From Glaucostegus cemiculus (Eukaryota), in assembly GCA_976551045.1 (NCBI GenBank), contig CDPCPM010000011.1, forward strand, positions 5,766,001 through 5,830,000: a stretch of 64,000 bases of DNA. The letters are read 5' to 3'. A program made the translations under genes and the position numbers. Within the stretch, counting starts at the first letter, position 1. The number at the start of each line of letters is the position of its first letter. This document shows, in pieces, positions 48,431-61,825 of the stretch. The notes beneath the pieces were generated by a model that had not been told where the DNA came from, did not search any database, and saw only the letters and a program-made list of their open reading frames with translations.

Positions 48431-51099
48431 AAAAACTAAGAGGAAGAATTTCAAAGCAGTATTCACGTGACTGGAATAATAAACTGTCTTTGCACTTAAT
48501 GAGATCCAGTCTAGTCAGAATTCATAAAAGCAGTGTTGGTAGAGGAATTTGGCCTCAGGATTCTATCAATGCTTGTATGGTAGACAGGTATCTTAGCATA
48601 GGGGTAAGGCTTTGATGAATAAACCATGTCCCCAGAAAAGCCACATGAGACCTCACTGAGACACCAACCAAGGAATTACCTACAGCTTTCTGATACCTCA
48701 GAGAGAGCACCTTTACCCTATAGTTTCAAGGTGAGCTGCTGAGAAATCAGAGGCAGGTAGCAGAACAGAAGATTTCAAGAACTAGAACAGTTGCAATGAG
48801 CTGTAAGATGTGAACACCTTCACATTTTGCTTTGGGGAGAATAGTCAATCATCTAGAGAAACTGGGAAAAAATACACGGAAGTGAATCCATTCGTTCCAC
48901 ACTGCAATGGAATGCTCTGGAACAATTCAGATTTACTCCTGGTGCCTCCTGCCCAAGCTCAAAGCAACAAAGCAGACATGCATCTCTGATAAAAAGGAAA
49001 CCTCAAGATGAATGGTTTGGAAAAACCATAGAACAGTCAATGATCTTTTTACCAAAATGCTTTTCCCAAGATTTCTGAACAGGTTAGCCCACAGAGCATC
49101 CCACTCCTTGACAGATGGAGGGCTATAAATCAGAGACAATGTATTTCAGGTTTTAAATATCGGTGAAATGCATTACAATAAGTAACTTCACTCAGAAGCA
49201 AAATGAATAATAATGTTAGGCTTGCACAGCGCTTGTATAAGGATTGTGATAAAATGACACTATCTGGAATTTCATGTCTTCTCATGATCTTTAACCCAAG
49301 ACTCTTTACATAGAGAAATGCCTGAGAGGGCGTGGAGATTGGTTTCACTCACGAAGAATGCAGCTGAACTAAGTGAACAAAATATCCAAAAGCTGCTGCT
49401 CAGATATAGACTCACTTTTCCCTTGAGGAACAGGCCACTAATTATGGTATTATTTGTATCTATCAGAGTGGATGGGTATGTGTATTGCAGCCCCATCATT
49501 ATCTGGAGAGGCATTTACTAGGTCAAGCCTCAAACATTGCCTATTGCAATTTCTGCTGCCATAATATCCCTAATATGTTTTTGTCCACTACGGGCAATGA
49601 GCTCCTCTTCTTTTCACCTGAACAGTCCAGGAAACAAACTAACTGGAAGTACCAGTGAGACATCCTTTCATTTAATTAGATTTGTTTTTAAGCAATACCA
49701 TAAACAGAGATGAATCACCACCATTTGAACTCACTATTATTCTCCAGACAATATTGCTTAAAACTCAGCCCCAAGGAAAATACTGAAGTATTTCCTTTAG
49801 AAGCACCTGACAAGAGTTCCATTTTAAACTCCCAGCACACTTGCTTAGCTACAATTCCATATGAATAAAATATAATACAGATATAGTTGATGATATGGTG
49901 CAGATTGCTTGAGAAGAACAACTATTGTGTGTAATGTCCAGGGATGACTAAAGAACTGAAAGGTTGCTTTGACAAATGTGATGGTTTGCTAATCAGTTGA
50001 AATGAGAGAGTGGAAAAATATGCTGGTAACCCATGAAATGTGTAATTGCCTGTTGCAAGAAGCTGATGACAATCTGATCACTGGTGTCCCTAAAATTAAT
50101 AGAACATTTCCAGGTACTGTATTTCAATGACAATCCAACAAAAAATATAATAATGCTGCTCAAAAGGTTAATTTGCAATATGGATATCCATTTTTCAAAT
50201 AATGATCCAGGAGATACTTCTAAAGAATTCAAGAAGTTTGCTGAATATGAAATTCTAAGTATATTATTTCATCACCAAATATCAACGAAGAGCTGGAAAG
50301 GCAGTCCAAGCAACAAAATTACCAAGGAGAAAGATGGAAACATCTAACGTAGATCTCCCACTGGCAGTGGAATATCTTTTGCCTAATGATCTAAAATGAT
50401 TCAGCACTGCCAACCGGAAGATCTAAGGGCTCATAAACACAACAGGAAGATCACTCAAACATGATTAAAGCAGAGTAACAAAATACTGAGCTAATTACTA
50501 TTATCAGGGACTTCCCTCTCCCAAAAGTGCAAGATGGGGAAAGTGTTGTCAACAGACAGTGAGAAAGAGTTGGAAGAAATAGTAGAGGCAAGTGTCAAAT
50601 CCCCTTTGTGACAGTGAAACTTACCATGCAGAAGGGACAGCATGCCCGTTCAAGAAATAAAAAGAATCAAAGCCACGCTGTTGCAGCCAGCTATGGAAGG
50701 ACTGGCTCATTGAAAAGGTTCAATAATCTGATTATTCAAAGTGCTCATTTCTGAATACAATTTAGCTAAGGAGGTGTAAAATAGTTTGCGCAGAAATTTA
50801 TAGTTTATCATGGCAGAGAGAAACTTACCCCAGTCACACTGAATATTTAATGGGTGTACTATAACATATATGGCATGTGTAATATTATTTGTTAACAATC
50901 ATTGCTGTGTGAAGGTTGTTCCAACTTAAGGGTTGCATTATGTAACTTCCCTCAGTGTTGTGGCAATATGGCTTACAGTGGAAAGTCCAAGAGTCCCTTG
51001 GCATCCATGGAAAAATCCTGTGCTGATATTATACTTTATTTTCCATATATAAAGTATCTTTTGTTAGTCTGAGTCACCTACTACTTTCCAGTATCTGGA

Positions 51100-52515
51100 A
51101 GACATTGAACTATACAACTTTGCATTTCCATCTGCCCTCATAACCTTTCACTCTCTTGCTTATCAAATATTGATCTACCTGTTTCATATTAGAAAACCCT
51201 GCTTCCGCCACCCTTTGAGGAAAGGTGTTCCAAAGACTCACAATCCTCCATAAAAAAAAGCTTCATCTGTCTGAAATGGCTGACCCCTTATTTTTGAACA
51301 GCGATGCAGAGTTCTAGAGTCTCCCACAAGGGGAAAAGTCCTCTTACCATCTACTGTCAAGATTCACCAAATATCCTTTCACTTTTCCAAATTCCAGCAA
51401 ATACAACTCCAGCACGTCAACCAATTGTCTTCTATGCAACCTACCCATTCCAGCTATTGGTCGAGTAAACCTTCTCTGAACTCCTTCTAATTCATTAGCA
51501 CCTTTTCTTAAATAAGGATACCAATAATGTACACAATAATTCCAGTTGTGGTTTCACCAGTGCCCTATATAAATCAGCACAATCACTCTTCCCTTATTTT
51601 CAGTTTCCCTGCCAATGAATAATAATGCTCTGAAATTAAAAATAAAGAAAAAACTGCAGGTGCTGTAAATCTGAAATAAAAATAGAAAGTGTTGGAAATA
51701 CTCTGCAGGTCAGTCAGCATTTGTGGGGAGAAAATGCAGTTAATATCAATAACCCTAAATAAGCTTAGAAAATCCTGTGGTTTATCTTTACCCATGGCAC
51801 ATGTTATTTTGTCAAAGATCTCAGATAAATTGGTCTAATGTGATTTACCTTTCACAGAATCAGATTGACTTTGGCTGCCTTGCATTTTCCAAACTGTCTT
51901 CCTGTGATATTATTAATAATGGTCTCTAGCATGTGCCCTTATAAATATGTTTAGCTAATTGACCTGTAATTCTGTGTTATCTTTGCTCTTTCTGTGTAAT
52001 ACAGTTATATTTGCCATATGGAGACACAAGAGATTCTGCAGATGCTAGAATCCAGAGCAACACACACAAAATGCTGGAGTAACTCAGCAGGTCAGACAGC
52101 ATCTTTGGAGGGAGATAAATAGTCGTTGTTTCGGGTCGAGACTTTTCATCAGGACTGCTATATTCCTATTTAATGGAACCTTCCCTGAATCAAGAGAATT
52201 TTGAAAACTTAAAGCCTAACCATTAACTAAAGCCACTACCCATTTCTTAGGATGATATCCGTCAGGATCCAAAGACTTATTTAGCTCACAACTCCAACTA
52301 TTCGATCAGTACCACTTCCCTTGTGATTGCAATTTTCCTTAAGTCCTCCCTACCAATTCCCAAGTTATAGCTCTTTTTGGAATGTTACTTACATCCTGCT
52401 TAGTGAAGACTGAAGCAAAATACCTGTTTAGTTCATCTGACATTTCCATTGTGAATTCCCCAGACTCACTTTTTATTGCACCAACATTCACCTTGTTAAC
52501 ACTTCACCTTCTTTA
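51100..52515 (-). mobile_element. Degraded CR1 LINE with Penelope-derived inserts (~51640-51750, ~52020-52157)
   Basis: CR1 remnants (ccaataatgtacacaataattccagttgtgg, gtgaagactgaagcaaaatacctgttt). The second insert is young-looking: gagacacaagagattctgcagatgct...tcatcaggac. Confidence 0.7.
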
Positions 52516-53859
52516 AGCATTAAAAAAGAGCATTAAATGAAGTACAGAAGGACCATCTAGCATCTGATTTACTCACTGCAAGGGTAGGTGCTGGACTTCA
52601 AATCTGACCACTCTTTGAGGGCACTTTAAACATATGCAAATTATACACATATGCCACATTTGGCATGCAATGGATCCCTGCAGATAGTCAAAAGTTATAA
52701 TCTTTGGCATCTTAGATATTGTGTAGAACCAAACACACAGCATACAACATCCTTGATGGTGGTGTGGAATTAGTCCAGCCAACCTTGAAGTGTTTATTAA
52801 TTGGCATCAGGACTCAGATCAATAATTGCTAATTATCACTGTCCAAATTCACACATGGTCATTTCTGCAGCTCAGCTTTAGTTTTGTGCCTGTCTGTAAT
52901 CCTGTGAAATACCAAGGAATTTTTTTTTTTGAAGATGTTGTATAGAAATGCAAGCTTCCCTTATGGTTTGATAATCTTTCTTTTTGTCTAAACTAATTTT
53001 GGTTTATTGGTTAGATCTCAAAATTAAGGGAGTAATTGTAGGCACAGTTCCATTGGTCCCAAGCACCTTTAAATAATTGACCACATTATGAAAAACTTGA
53101 GGGGATAAATTATTCTGCTGGTAACTAGTCAGCACGTTCATGTAATATTTCTTAGTCTGCTGTGGATGTGTGTTAAATCACACAAAACTATTTTCTGTCC
53201 TGATTAAGTAGTACACTATACTACTTTAGAAAATTAACTCTCTTCTCTCCCCTACCAGTGCCACTGAATGTCTTTTGAAATTCATTATAAAAATCTTATT
53301 AATTTTCCCATGTGCTTTTCACTTAGATCTGAGCATTTATTCAGTTATGAAGACTGCCAAAAGTATCTTGATTATTTACTGGACCATCATTAACATAATG
53401 GCATTTTCTATCGGTGGTATATCCATAATCAGAGTCTTTCTTCAATGGTTTCATGTTTGTCCACAAGCAAGAATAAAAGAATCATGCAATATCATAAGAT
53501 AAAGGAAAGAAGCACAAGACATAACCTAGGCAACACAAATGTCATTATCATCACAGAGCTTTCATTTTGTAAATTCAATCGCATTTGAAGAATTCATTAA
53601 AGACAGATTTTGAATTCAGTCATTGTAAGTGCATGCAAACTTGGAACTGTGCAGAAAATGGCCTATGATTCCAGAATTATGTATTTGACTAAGATTGAAA
53701 AGAACTATATTTCTGAATATTCTTCTATGTTCTTATGACCAAGGATTAGCCTAGAAACATATCCTTTAAAACTTAAATATAATGGAGAACAAATATTTAA
53801 TCACTGACTTCACAATATCTAAATTCAGAAATCCCTGTCAGAGCTCAAACAGGAGAAAA

Positions 53860-54270
53860 TATGTAGAGCTTTTTACATCCTCGGGACAGAGCACACTTCA
53901 AAGCTAATGAAATACTTTTGAAGTGGATTCACTGCTGTAATGTAGGGAAGCACAGCAGTGAATTTGCACACAGTAAGATCCTACAAACAGCAATGAAATA
54001 AATGACCAGCTAATCTGTTTTTAATGGTGTTGGTTGAAGAATAAATGTTGCCAAAGACACTCTGAGAACTCTCCTGCACTCTGTCAAATTGTGCTTTGGG
54101 GTCTATTGAAACCACCAGGTAGGACAGAAACACATCTTAAAGACAGTACCTCCAGCTGTGCAACACCTCATCTGTAGTCCACTGAAGTCTCAGCCTAGAT
54201 TGTGTGCTCAAAATGCTGAAATGAGGCCTGACACCTCAATCATCCAATTGAAAGCAAGGCTAAGAACAAT
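53860..54270 (-). mobile_element. Deu-domain SINE (SacSINE1-like)
   Basis: Reverse complement of the Deu domain and tail: aatgaaatacttttgaagtg...ttgcacacagtaagatcctacaaacagcaatg...cagcctagattgtgtgctcaa. Confidence 0.8.
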
Positions 54271-55989
54271 CTGTGAACTCAGATGTTGAAAAGACAAATG
54301 ACTTAACAGTTTTTTGTCTGAGAAGAGTTTGCAATGTAGATTCTCTACTGTTCTAAAATCTGACCCACTTTTATTAGCCACAGGCAACTCTCCTTAGCTT
54401 GGCGGAGTGCATTAAAAAATTACCTTACATTGTCAGTAGGATAAGCTGCAAGTAAACTGTTCATTAGCCTCTTATTGTTGTGGTGAGTTTTGGTATTTGT
54501 AACAAAATGAGATATCAATGAAACCTATTTTCTATTGGAGGATTCAACAATGATATGGCAAATATTTTAAGGTTCTTCCTTTTTCTCCCACTGCATGGTG
54601 AATATTCCCACTGTTACACTTTCCCAGTTCTTGACAGCTTGGAGCATGGTGACTTCAAATGCAATTTCAATTTTTTTTCTAATCAAGCCCTGTTATACAC
54701 AAGAATCAACACTGTTTCAGTGCTGGAATGCGGCAACGGAAGGGAAATGACCACTAATAATGATATGTCCTGAGGGTAGCACTAGTTCACCACACAACAT
54801 CCCACTGTCTCTGACAGTATTGCTAATGACTAATCTAAATCCAGATGGAGGAAAGAGACAAGGAGGTTTGCCCAAACCCACCATAATTGGAGAGCTGTGG
54901 ACATGTTTGCCAATTATACTCAAATATACTCTGGCCGAAACTCATGTTCCCAATGGATAAGATTTCAATCATACACTGTACAAAATGATTGCAAATTAAA
55001 TTGCCGCACTGGCCGAGTTACCAGCTACTGATCAAATGCAGGTACAAGAAAATGTAACTGTATAATGTTAAAGAATGCTCAGTGACAAACTATTCCAATT
55101 TATTTGCACAAATGACTATAATGATTTTAAATTCAACTAAATCTGCAAATGTTTTCCTTAGGGAAACCAATGTAGGAAAGGCTTTAACCAGACCCCAAGT
55201 GAATAAGAGGGAAGGAAAGTGCCTGAAATGGTGAGCAACATAGTCTGTTGGAAGGTAAACCATTGCACTGTGGAATAGAAAAATAAGCTGAATATGGAAA
55301 GCTTTCAATTTTAAGTCTGAGATTTGAGAAAACTTCTCATGAAGATAGAAGGAGAATGGTGTCAGACACAGATCACTGGGAGCCATTTGTGGGTAGTGAA
55401 AGAAAACAGTCTGCCTGGTTACTGGGCTGCCAAAGGGCAAGATGGAAGTAAAAACTGAAGGGGATGAAATGAAAATACATGTCTCAATCCCGCAAAGTAA
55501 ACATGGAATTCGTGGATTTGGGGTTAATGAAAGTATGAAGAAAATTGTTGCAGCTCCATTTTCTCTCAATGGTGCAACTTTGTTGGTCAGCCAGACAAGC
55601 CATAACTTGTAATTCCCACGAGAAGCTGGGAAATATGAGCAATGAATAGTTTTAGATCAAGTTCATGCCTCATCATCTGGACACACAACCCCACCCTCCC
55701 AACCTCATGCACTCCACCCCAAACCCTCCATCCTCAATCTTGGCAACTCTGTAAAACAAACATTGAAGCTCACTGACCCTTCACAGGTTGAAATTAACCA
55801 ATCCAGCCTCATCGTCAGCAAAGAATTCTACCTTCAAATCCAAATGGGTTTTCCCCAAAGGAAGAAAAGCTTTGAAGGAAGAATAAATCCTGACATTTCA
55901 TCCAATTTATACAGTATTCTTAAATCAAATTCACAATAGTCAATACTTTGATATTTTTAAAACCTTCAATCTCAATGGAGTTGAAAGCA

Positions 55990-57255
55990 GAGGGTTTTGC
56001 TGAATGATTGAGATTTCAGACTGGAGGGAAAACTATAGGCATCTACCCCAGGGGTCTGTATTGGGACTACTGCTCTGTTTGATGTAAATTAATGATCTGG
56101 ATGCAGCATACAGGACATCATTTCAAAGCTTGCAAATGACACAAAGTTCAGAAATGCACTAAACAGTGAGGAGTATTATCAAAGACTTCAGGAAGGCATG
56201 GATGGACTGATGGTTAGATAATGTTTAACAGAGAGAAGTGTGAATTGATTTATTTTGGTAGAAAGAAGGCAAGATAAACCAAATAGTAAATTTTAAATGG
56301 AGTGCTGAAACAGAGTGGCATGGGAGCATGCATACAACATCTTTATAGGTGGCAAGATAAAAAGACATACAGGATCCTTGATTTAGAAACGGAAAAAAAA
56401 TGCACAATAAGTTGTAACAAAAGCTAAACATTTCAGTAAAACTCTAATAATCCGCCATCTGAGTTTTCTGAAATCCTGATGGTTCAGCAGCTGGCTCACC
56501 TGGGTCTGCTTCTCACACACCTTTTAAACTCACCAGGGCCCCATGCTTCCTTTAAATCCACCTGCTTCACTGGAAAATTAATTATACTGCTGGGTTACAT
56601 CTTAAAAAAGCTTGAATTGAGAGCGTGTTGGGATATTAAAAGGAATAATATCCATTAGTGTGAAGATCTAGTCGTCCTGCACCACCAAAATCCTAGGGCT
56701 GCCAAATTATCAGTTTTACTGTATAATGCTGAGTCTGCTGTTAGAATATTGCAGTTAACTATGAACACTATACTTTAAAAAGAGGGCATAATGAGGATGA
56801 AGAGGATATTTTCCTAAACACCATCAAGGATGAAAGACTTCCGTTGCATGAGAGAAGGGAGAAACAGCTGTTTTTCTCCATTGGAACAGAATGGTTAAGA
56901 GGAGACTTGACATAGCTGTCGAAAATCATAACAGGTTTTTTAGGGTAAATAAGGGACAACTAACTGAGGAGAGCTAGTTCCAGTTGTTGGTGGTGTAGTT
57001 GCTCAGAACCAGAGGATGCAGAATTAGGCATCTGGGAAAAAGCACCAGAGCAATGACCAGAACATTTTTAATACATTGAATGTACTGCCTGAAACTGTGG
57101 CGTCAACAGTTTCAATAGGAACACTCAATACTTAAAAAAATATGAAAGACGTTGAGGAAAAAGGGAAGGAGTAGGAGAAACATTCATAGGTCCTTGAAAG
57201 AGCAGATACAGGTAAAAAGGAGCCTCTTTCTTTGCCATATCATTCCACGGTTTGA
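55990..57255 (+). mobile_element. Degraded CR1 LINE (RT to 3' end)
   Basis: ccccaggggtctgtattgggac (PQGSVLG), aagcttgcaaatgacacaaag (KFADDTK-like) and ttaagaggagacttgaca. Confidence 0.75.
56434..56721. mobile_element. Tc1/mariner (Tigger-like) MITE inserted in the CR1
   Basis: Imperfect terminal inverted repeats cagtaaaactctaataat / attatcagttttactg, with TA immediately 3'. Confidence 0.6.
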
Positions 57256-57799
57256 TCATATATTATGTCTGAAACATTCTAAATGGAAAACACTAATTTG
57301 TAAAAACCTCTGCTTGCAGTTAAGTAATATAGAAGTTAATTTATCAATAATGTTCCATTGCTGGGAATGCCTACTGAATTCTTATCATTTATCACTGAAT
57401 GTGAGGACTAAAATCAGAGAGAATATTGTGTGCAGAAAACCAAACCAAATTACACTTACTTAGGGATATCCAGCATAAGCCTATAGAAAACTCACAAGTC
57501 TTGTGAATCTTAATAGTGATCAGTAGTTACTCTCAATTTTCCATGAGGGAAAAAGAGAGAATTCAAGCATTTTACAATGGAAGGAGACAGGTATGTGGCT
57601 TGTGATGATATTCCTGGAGATTTCATTCCATGAAATTATATCTGCTATTTAGAAAACCTTCCCTTGACTGCCTTCGCCTGTATAAACCATCATCTTAATC
57701 TAATTATTACATGATTTCCATCTCAAATGCATAATTAGTGATAGTGATCTCTTTCAAAAGCAAAATGCTGAATGTTTGAAATAAAATGGCTGGGCCTTC

Positions 57800-58480
57800 G
57801 GGGTACAAATACATAATTTCCTGAAATTATGTGGCATAGATAGACAGGGTGGTGAGGAAGGCACATGGTACTCATGCCTTCGTCGACTGAGACACTGTGT
57901 ATAGCAGGTGGGATGTCACGTTACAGTTGTACAAATCATTGGTTAGGCTGCACTTGGAGTATTATGTGTAGTTCTGGTTGCCATAAGGATGTGATTAAAC
58001 TAGAGATAGTACAGAAAAAAAATTTCACAGGAATGTTGCCAAGACTGGAGGGCTTGAGCTAGAAAGAGAGATTGGATGGGCAGGGACTGTTTTCCCTGGA
58101 GCAAAAGATGCTGAGGGGTGACCATATCAAGATTTATAAAATAATGAGGGGCACAGGCAGGATGGATCATCACATTCTTTTTCCCAGGGTAGGGAAGTCA
58201 AAAGCTAGAGGGCATAGGTTTAAGTTGAGAGGAGAAAGATTTGAAGGGGATCTGAGGGGACAGGTTTTCCCACACAGAGAGTAGTGGATATATGGACAAG
58301 CTGCCAGAGGAAGTGGTAGAATCAGGTACAATTGCAACATTGAAAATACATTTGGATGTGGACAGAAAGGTTTTAAGGGCAAAGTGCAGGCAAATGGGAG
58401 TAGCGAGATAGCATCTTGGTCAACATGCACAAATTGGGCTGTAGGATCCGTTTCTGTGCTGGATAGCTTGATGAATTTTA
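57800..58480 (+). mobile_element. CR1 LINE 3' fragment
   Basis: Encodes GLFSLEQKMLRGDHIKIYKIMRG...KARGHRFKLRGERFEGDLRG. Confidence 0.88.
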
Positions 58481-58489
58481 TGAATTGAG

Positions 58490-59005
58490 AAAAAAAACCC
58501 AGAAAAATTGAAAGCGCTCAGCAGGTCAGGAAAGATCTGTGGAGAAGAAAACTGTGGTGATGAACTTTCACCAGAACTAAGAAAACCTAGAAATTCGATT
58601 AAAATTGCAGAGTAAGTGGGAGGAGCGGAGTGAGTGAGGGGATGGAGACCAGAAGAGAATGAATGACAGAAGTGGAGGTGAAGCCAGCTCACAGAGAGTG
58701 GTAAAGGCTCATCAATAACAGAAGAGGTGCCTGAGGAGATGTAAAAGGTGGAAACAAATTAAATCTGAAACTGAATGACAGCAATGTATGAAGCAAAGCT
58801 GCTATGCTTGATTACCAGAAATTGTCAAATTTATTATTGACTCTGGAAGTCTGTAATTTGCCAAAATGGAAGATGAGGAGATGTATTGTAAATGTTATCA
58901 ACCTGAAACATGAACTGTTCCTTTCTCCAATGATGCTGCCTGACCTGTTGAGTATTCTCAGCAATGTTAAACAGCATCTATTTTTCCATAAGATATTCTA
59001 GCATC
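58490..59005. mobile_element. Degraded Penelope-related element
   Basis: ctcagcaggtcaggaaagatctgtggaga ... gatgctgcctgacctgttgagtatt. Confidence 0.6.
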
Positions 59006-60074
59006 AGTGATTCCAAGATCATTGATAAAACACATGAAGGTAATAAGCACAGACTCTGAGAGGCCTTTGTTTGATATAGTGTTCAAAATTTAAACTTTTC
59101 ATTAATATCCACCTTTGGTATTATGTAACTTAAAGTAAAACACTCTCAGGCACTTTACTATTTCTCCAACGATATCGCAACATCTTGGGCTGGGGAGGGA
59201 GAGTTTCTTTGAAGTTGGTGGATTTGCATTGACACAGCACTTCCTGAATGATCTTCATTTCATATAAATAGGGTGAATTCCACTGGGGTACTTGCTTCAC
59301 ACTGGTTCACTGCCACTAAGAGGGAGAGAAATGTGGCTGAGTCAGTGTATTTCCAAGTCAATGGGTATTTGAAGGATCAGAGGCATTGAACCAAAGGAGA
59401 AAAGAGAAGCTGTTTTACAATGGAAGAAGCAGGCATAGTTTGTGGTGATATCTCAGATATTACCAGTAAAAGAGAGGATATGTTGTTGGCTGAGAGAAAA
59501 GTTGAGGAAAGGCATCCCTGGGTAGTGATGGATCACACAACATGGATCACTCAAGGCCAATCAACTGATCCAGACTACAAAGTGCTGATGAGCTTGTGCA
59601 TGATTATGTCAAGTAACATCATGAATGCTCATGCAGTTCTTGAAAGTCAATACAATTTGGTGCCTGGGCAGTGACTTTTGCATGACTCACCTCCAACAAC
59701 TGTTGCCCTGATGGTTCTCAATTTGTTTTGATGGTTCTGGAGAAGAATGGTAACAAAGATGGATTGAGGGAAGATGGGCAAGAGGTCCAAGTTCTGCCCC
59801 ATTGTTGACATTGGCAGGCAGGGAGGAAGTAAAGACAAGTCAACAGTAGTTGACAAATGGATTGTGTTTGGAATGATGAGAAGGAGTTGGTCATCAATGA
59901 GAAATTGTGTCTTCTTTTCTACTACGGGCTTGCCAAATTTTGGGTAAAATTACAAAATATAATTCAGCCTATTGTTTCTGAGATGATTACAATTACTTGC
60001 TCAGGATACTCTGAGAGCATTTTCCAAACCCAATCTCTCTCACCAAGGAGGAGAATGGTGGAAGATGCATGTAG

Positions 60075-60290
60075 ATATCACCACTAGCAGATTTCACTCC
60101 AAGCCACAATCCACCTTCACTTGGAAAGCTTTTGCTGTTCCCTTATCAATACAAGGTCAAAATCTTGGGCGTAATTCCTACTCAACTGCACTGTGGGAAC
60201 TCAGTCACTAGAAGGACCCCAGTGGATTTAAATGTGGCTCACCACCACTTTCTTAGAGGCAGTTAGAAATGGACAACACACATCTCAAAA
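60075..60290 (+). mobile_element. Degraded LINE (CR1/L2-type) 3' end
   Basis: ccaagccacaatccaccttcacttggaaa...gcactgtggga...ggctcaccaccactttctt...gcagttag tail, related to the SINE tails at 8925 and 11480. Confidence 0.55.
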
Positions 60291-60869
60291 AAATGAAGGT
60301 GTGCATTAAGTAGGGTGGCCCATTAAGATATATGCAGCATTAAAAATAATCCAACAATCTTTTTTAATTGGGTGATTTAAGTTAGGAATGCTAATTTGCC
60401 CAAATACTGACAGATATTTAAAGCCTAAAAGCAGGAGTGACTACACTGAATTGCTTACAATCTGGTAACAGCATTTATTACACCATAAATGAATGATACA
60501 GCTCAATTTATTTTTCCGAATTGTTTCAGCTGTCATTTTGATTTGAAATATAGTCAAATATAAAGACATATAAATAACATATAAAAACATAACCAAAATG
60601 TGCATTCAGACATTAAAAGTATTACTATGATTAGGACCAGGACATAAAATGTTAATGCTTCCGAGGATTACACTGCCAACATGTTCCAGTCTTATTATTG
60701 CCAGTCTACAAAATCCCAATGGCCATTCCAGGGTAAAGAGAAAGCATGAGAATTGAATGATGCAAAATATTAAAAACAATCCCTAATATAATTAGGTTTG
60801 TGAATGGGAAAGATGTTGTTAAAAGCAGGGTGGTGTTGATTAGAGTCCTAAAAAGAAAACTGCTCATGG

Positions 60870-61825
60870 AGGCAGAGGGCATGGTAAGGTAGTGAATGAG
60901 TAGCTGATCAATAGGAAGAAGATACTATAGGAGCTTCACTGAAGGAATTCATGGTTTAGACATTGGATAGATTAAGAGGGGGAATTGAAAATGTTGCTGC
61001 ACCTAGAATGGATCAATTCCCTGGTCCAGATGGGAAAAGGAAGTTGTAGAGGCCCTGGCCTTACTCTTCCAAACATCTATAGATTGAAAGATGGTGCTTG
61101 AGAACTGGAAAATTGTAGCATTTCATTTCAAAAAAGTTAGGGATTAACTCAATAACTACAGACCACTCAGTTTAACATTCTGATGGGGAAAGTTTCAGCA
61201 ACAATAAAGTGCAATTAATTAGATAAAGTCAACATGGATTTATTAAAAGGCATGGAGTGTTTAGCTACTTTGATTGGGTTTTTGACAAAGAAACAGAGGG
61301 TTGAGGAGAGAAATGACATTTATGTGATATGTACAGATATCCAAAGGCTTTTGATAAAGTGCCACATTCTAAACTTGAAATCAAAATTGAAGGCCACAGC
61401 ATAAAAGGGGCTATGGCAGCATTTACAACAGGTATTTACAAGCCAGCACATGTCAAAAGCAGCTTTTCATTTTGCTATTTCTTCCACGTTTTTGTTATCA
61501 TCCAGTTTGCTTTGTCGTCCTTTGCCCCTCATGATAATGTGCCTCAACTGTACCTGAAGCATCTTTTCCTTAAAAGCACCGCATTGTCCTTCCACAGTCA
61601 TGCCTGCTGACTTTTGTTTCCAATTTATCTGGGCCATATCCACTTGCATCCCATTGCATTTGACCTTACTCCGATTAAATAACTTAATTTCGGATTGCTA
61701 CATCTCCTTTCATAAGGCTAACCTAATTCCTAAGATATTATATCACAAATCTTATATAAAGCTAGAATGAACTTGATGGGCTAAATAGTCTCCTTTCATG
61801 CTGTGACTATTGTGTGATTCTGAGA
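60870..61825 (+). mobile_element. Degraded CR1 LINE with an inverted ORF2 segment (~61455-61745)
   Basis: Plus strand gives PGPDG, NYRPLSLT, QHGFIK and KAFDKVPH. Minus strand gives DMAQINWKQKSAGMTVEGQCGAFK (EN-RT linker). A plus-strand 3' tail follows. Confidence 0.75.

Noticed and set aside
48600-50720. Purine-rich stretches suggestive of an ancient DIRS/Gypsy element
   Set aside because: No diagnostic RT, RNase H, YR or gag motif could be recovered by eye.
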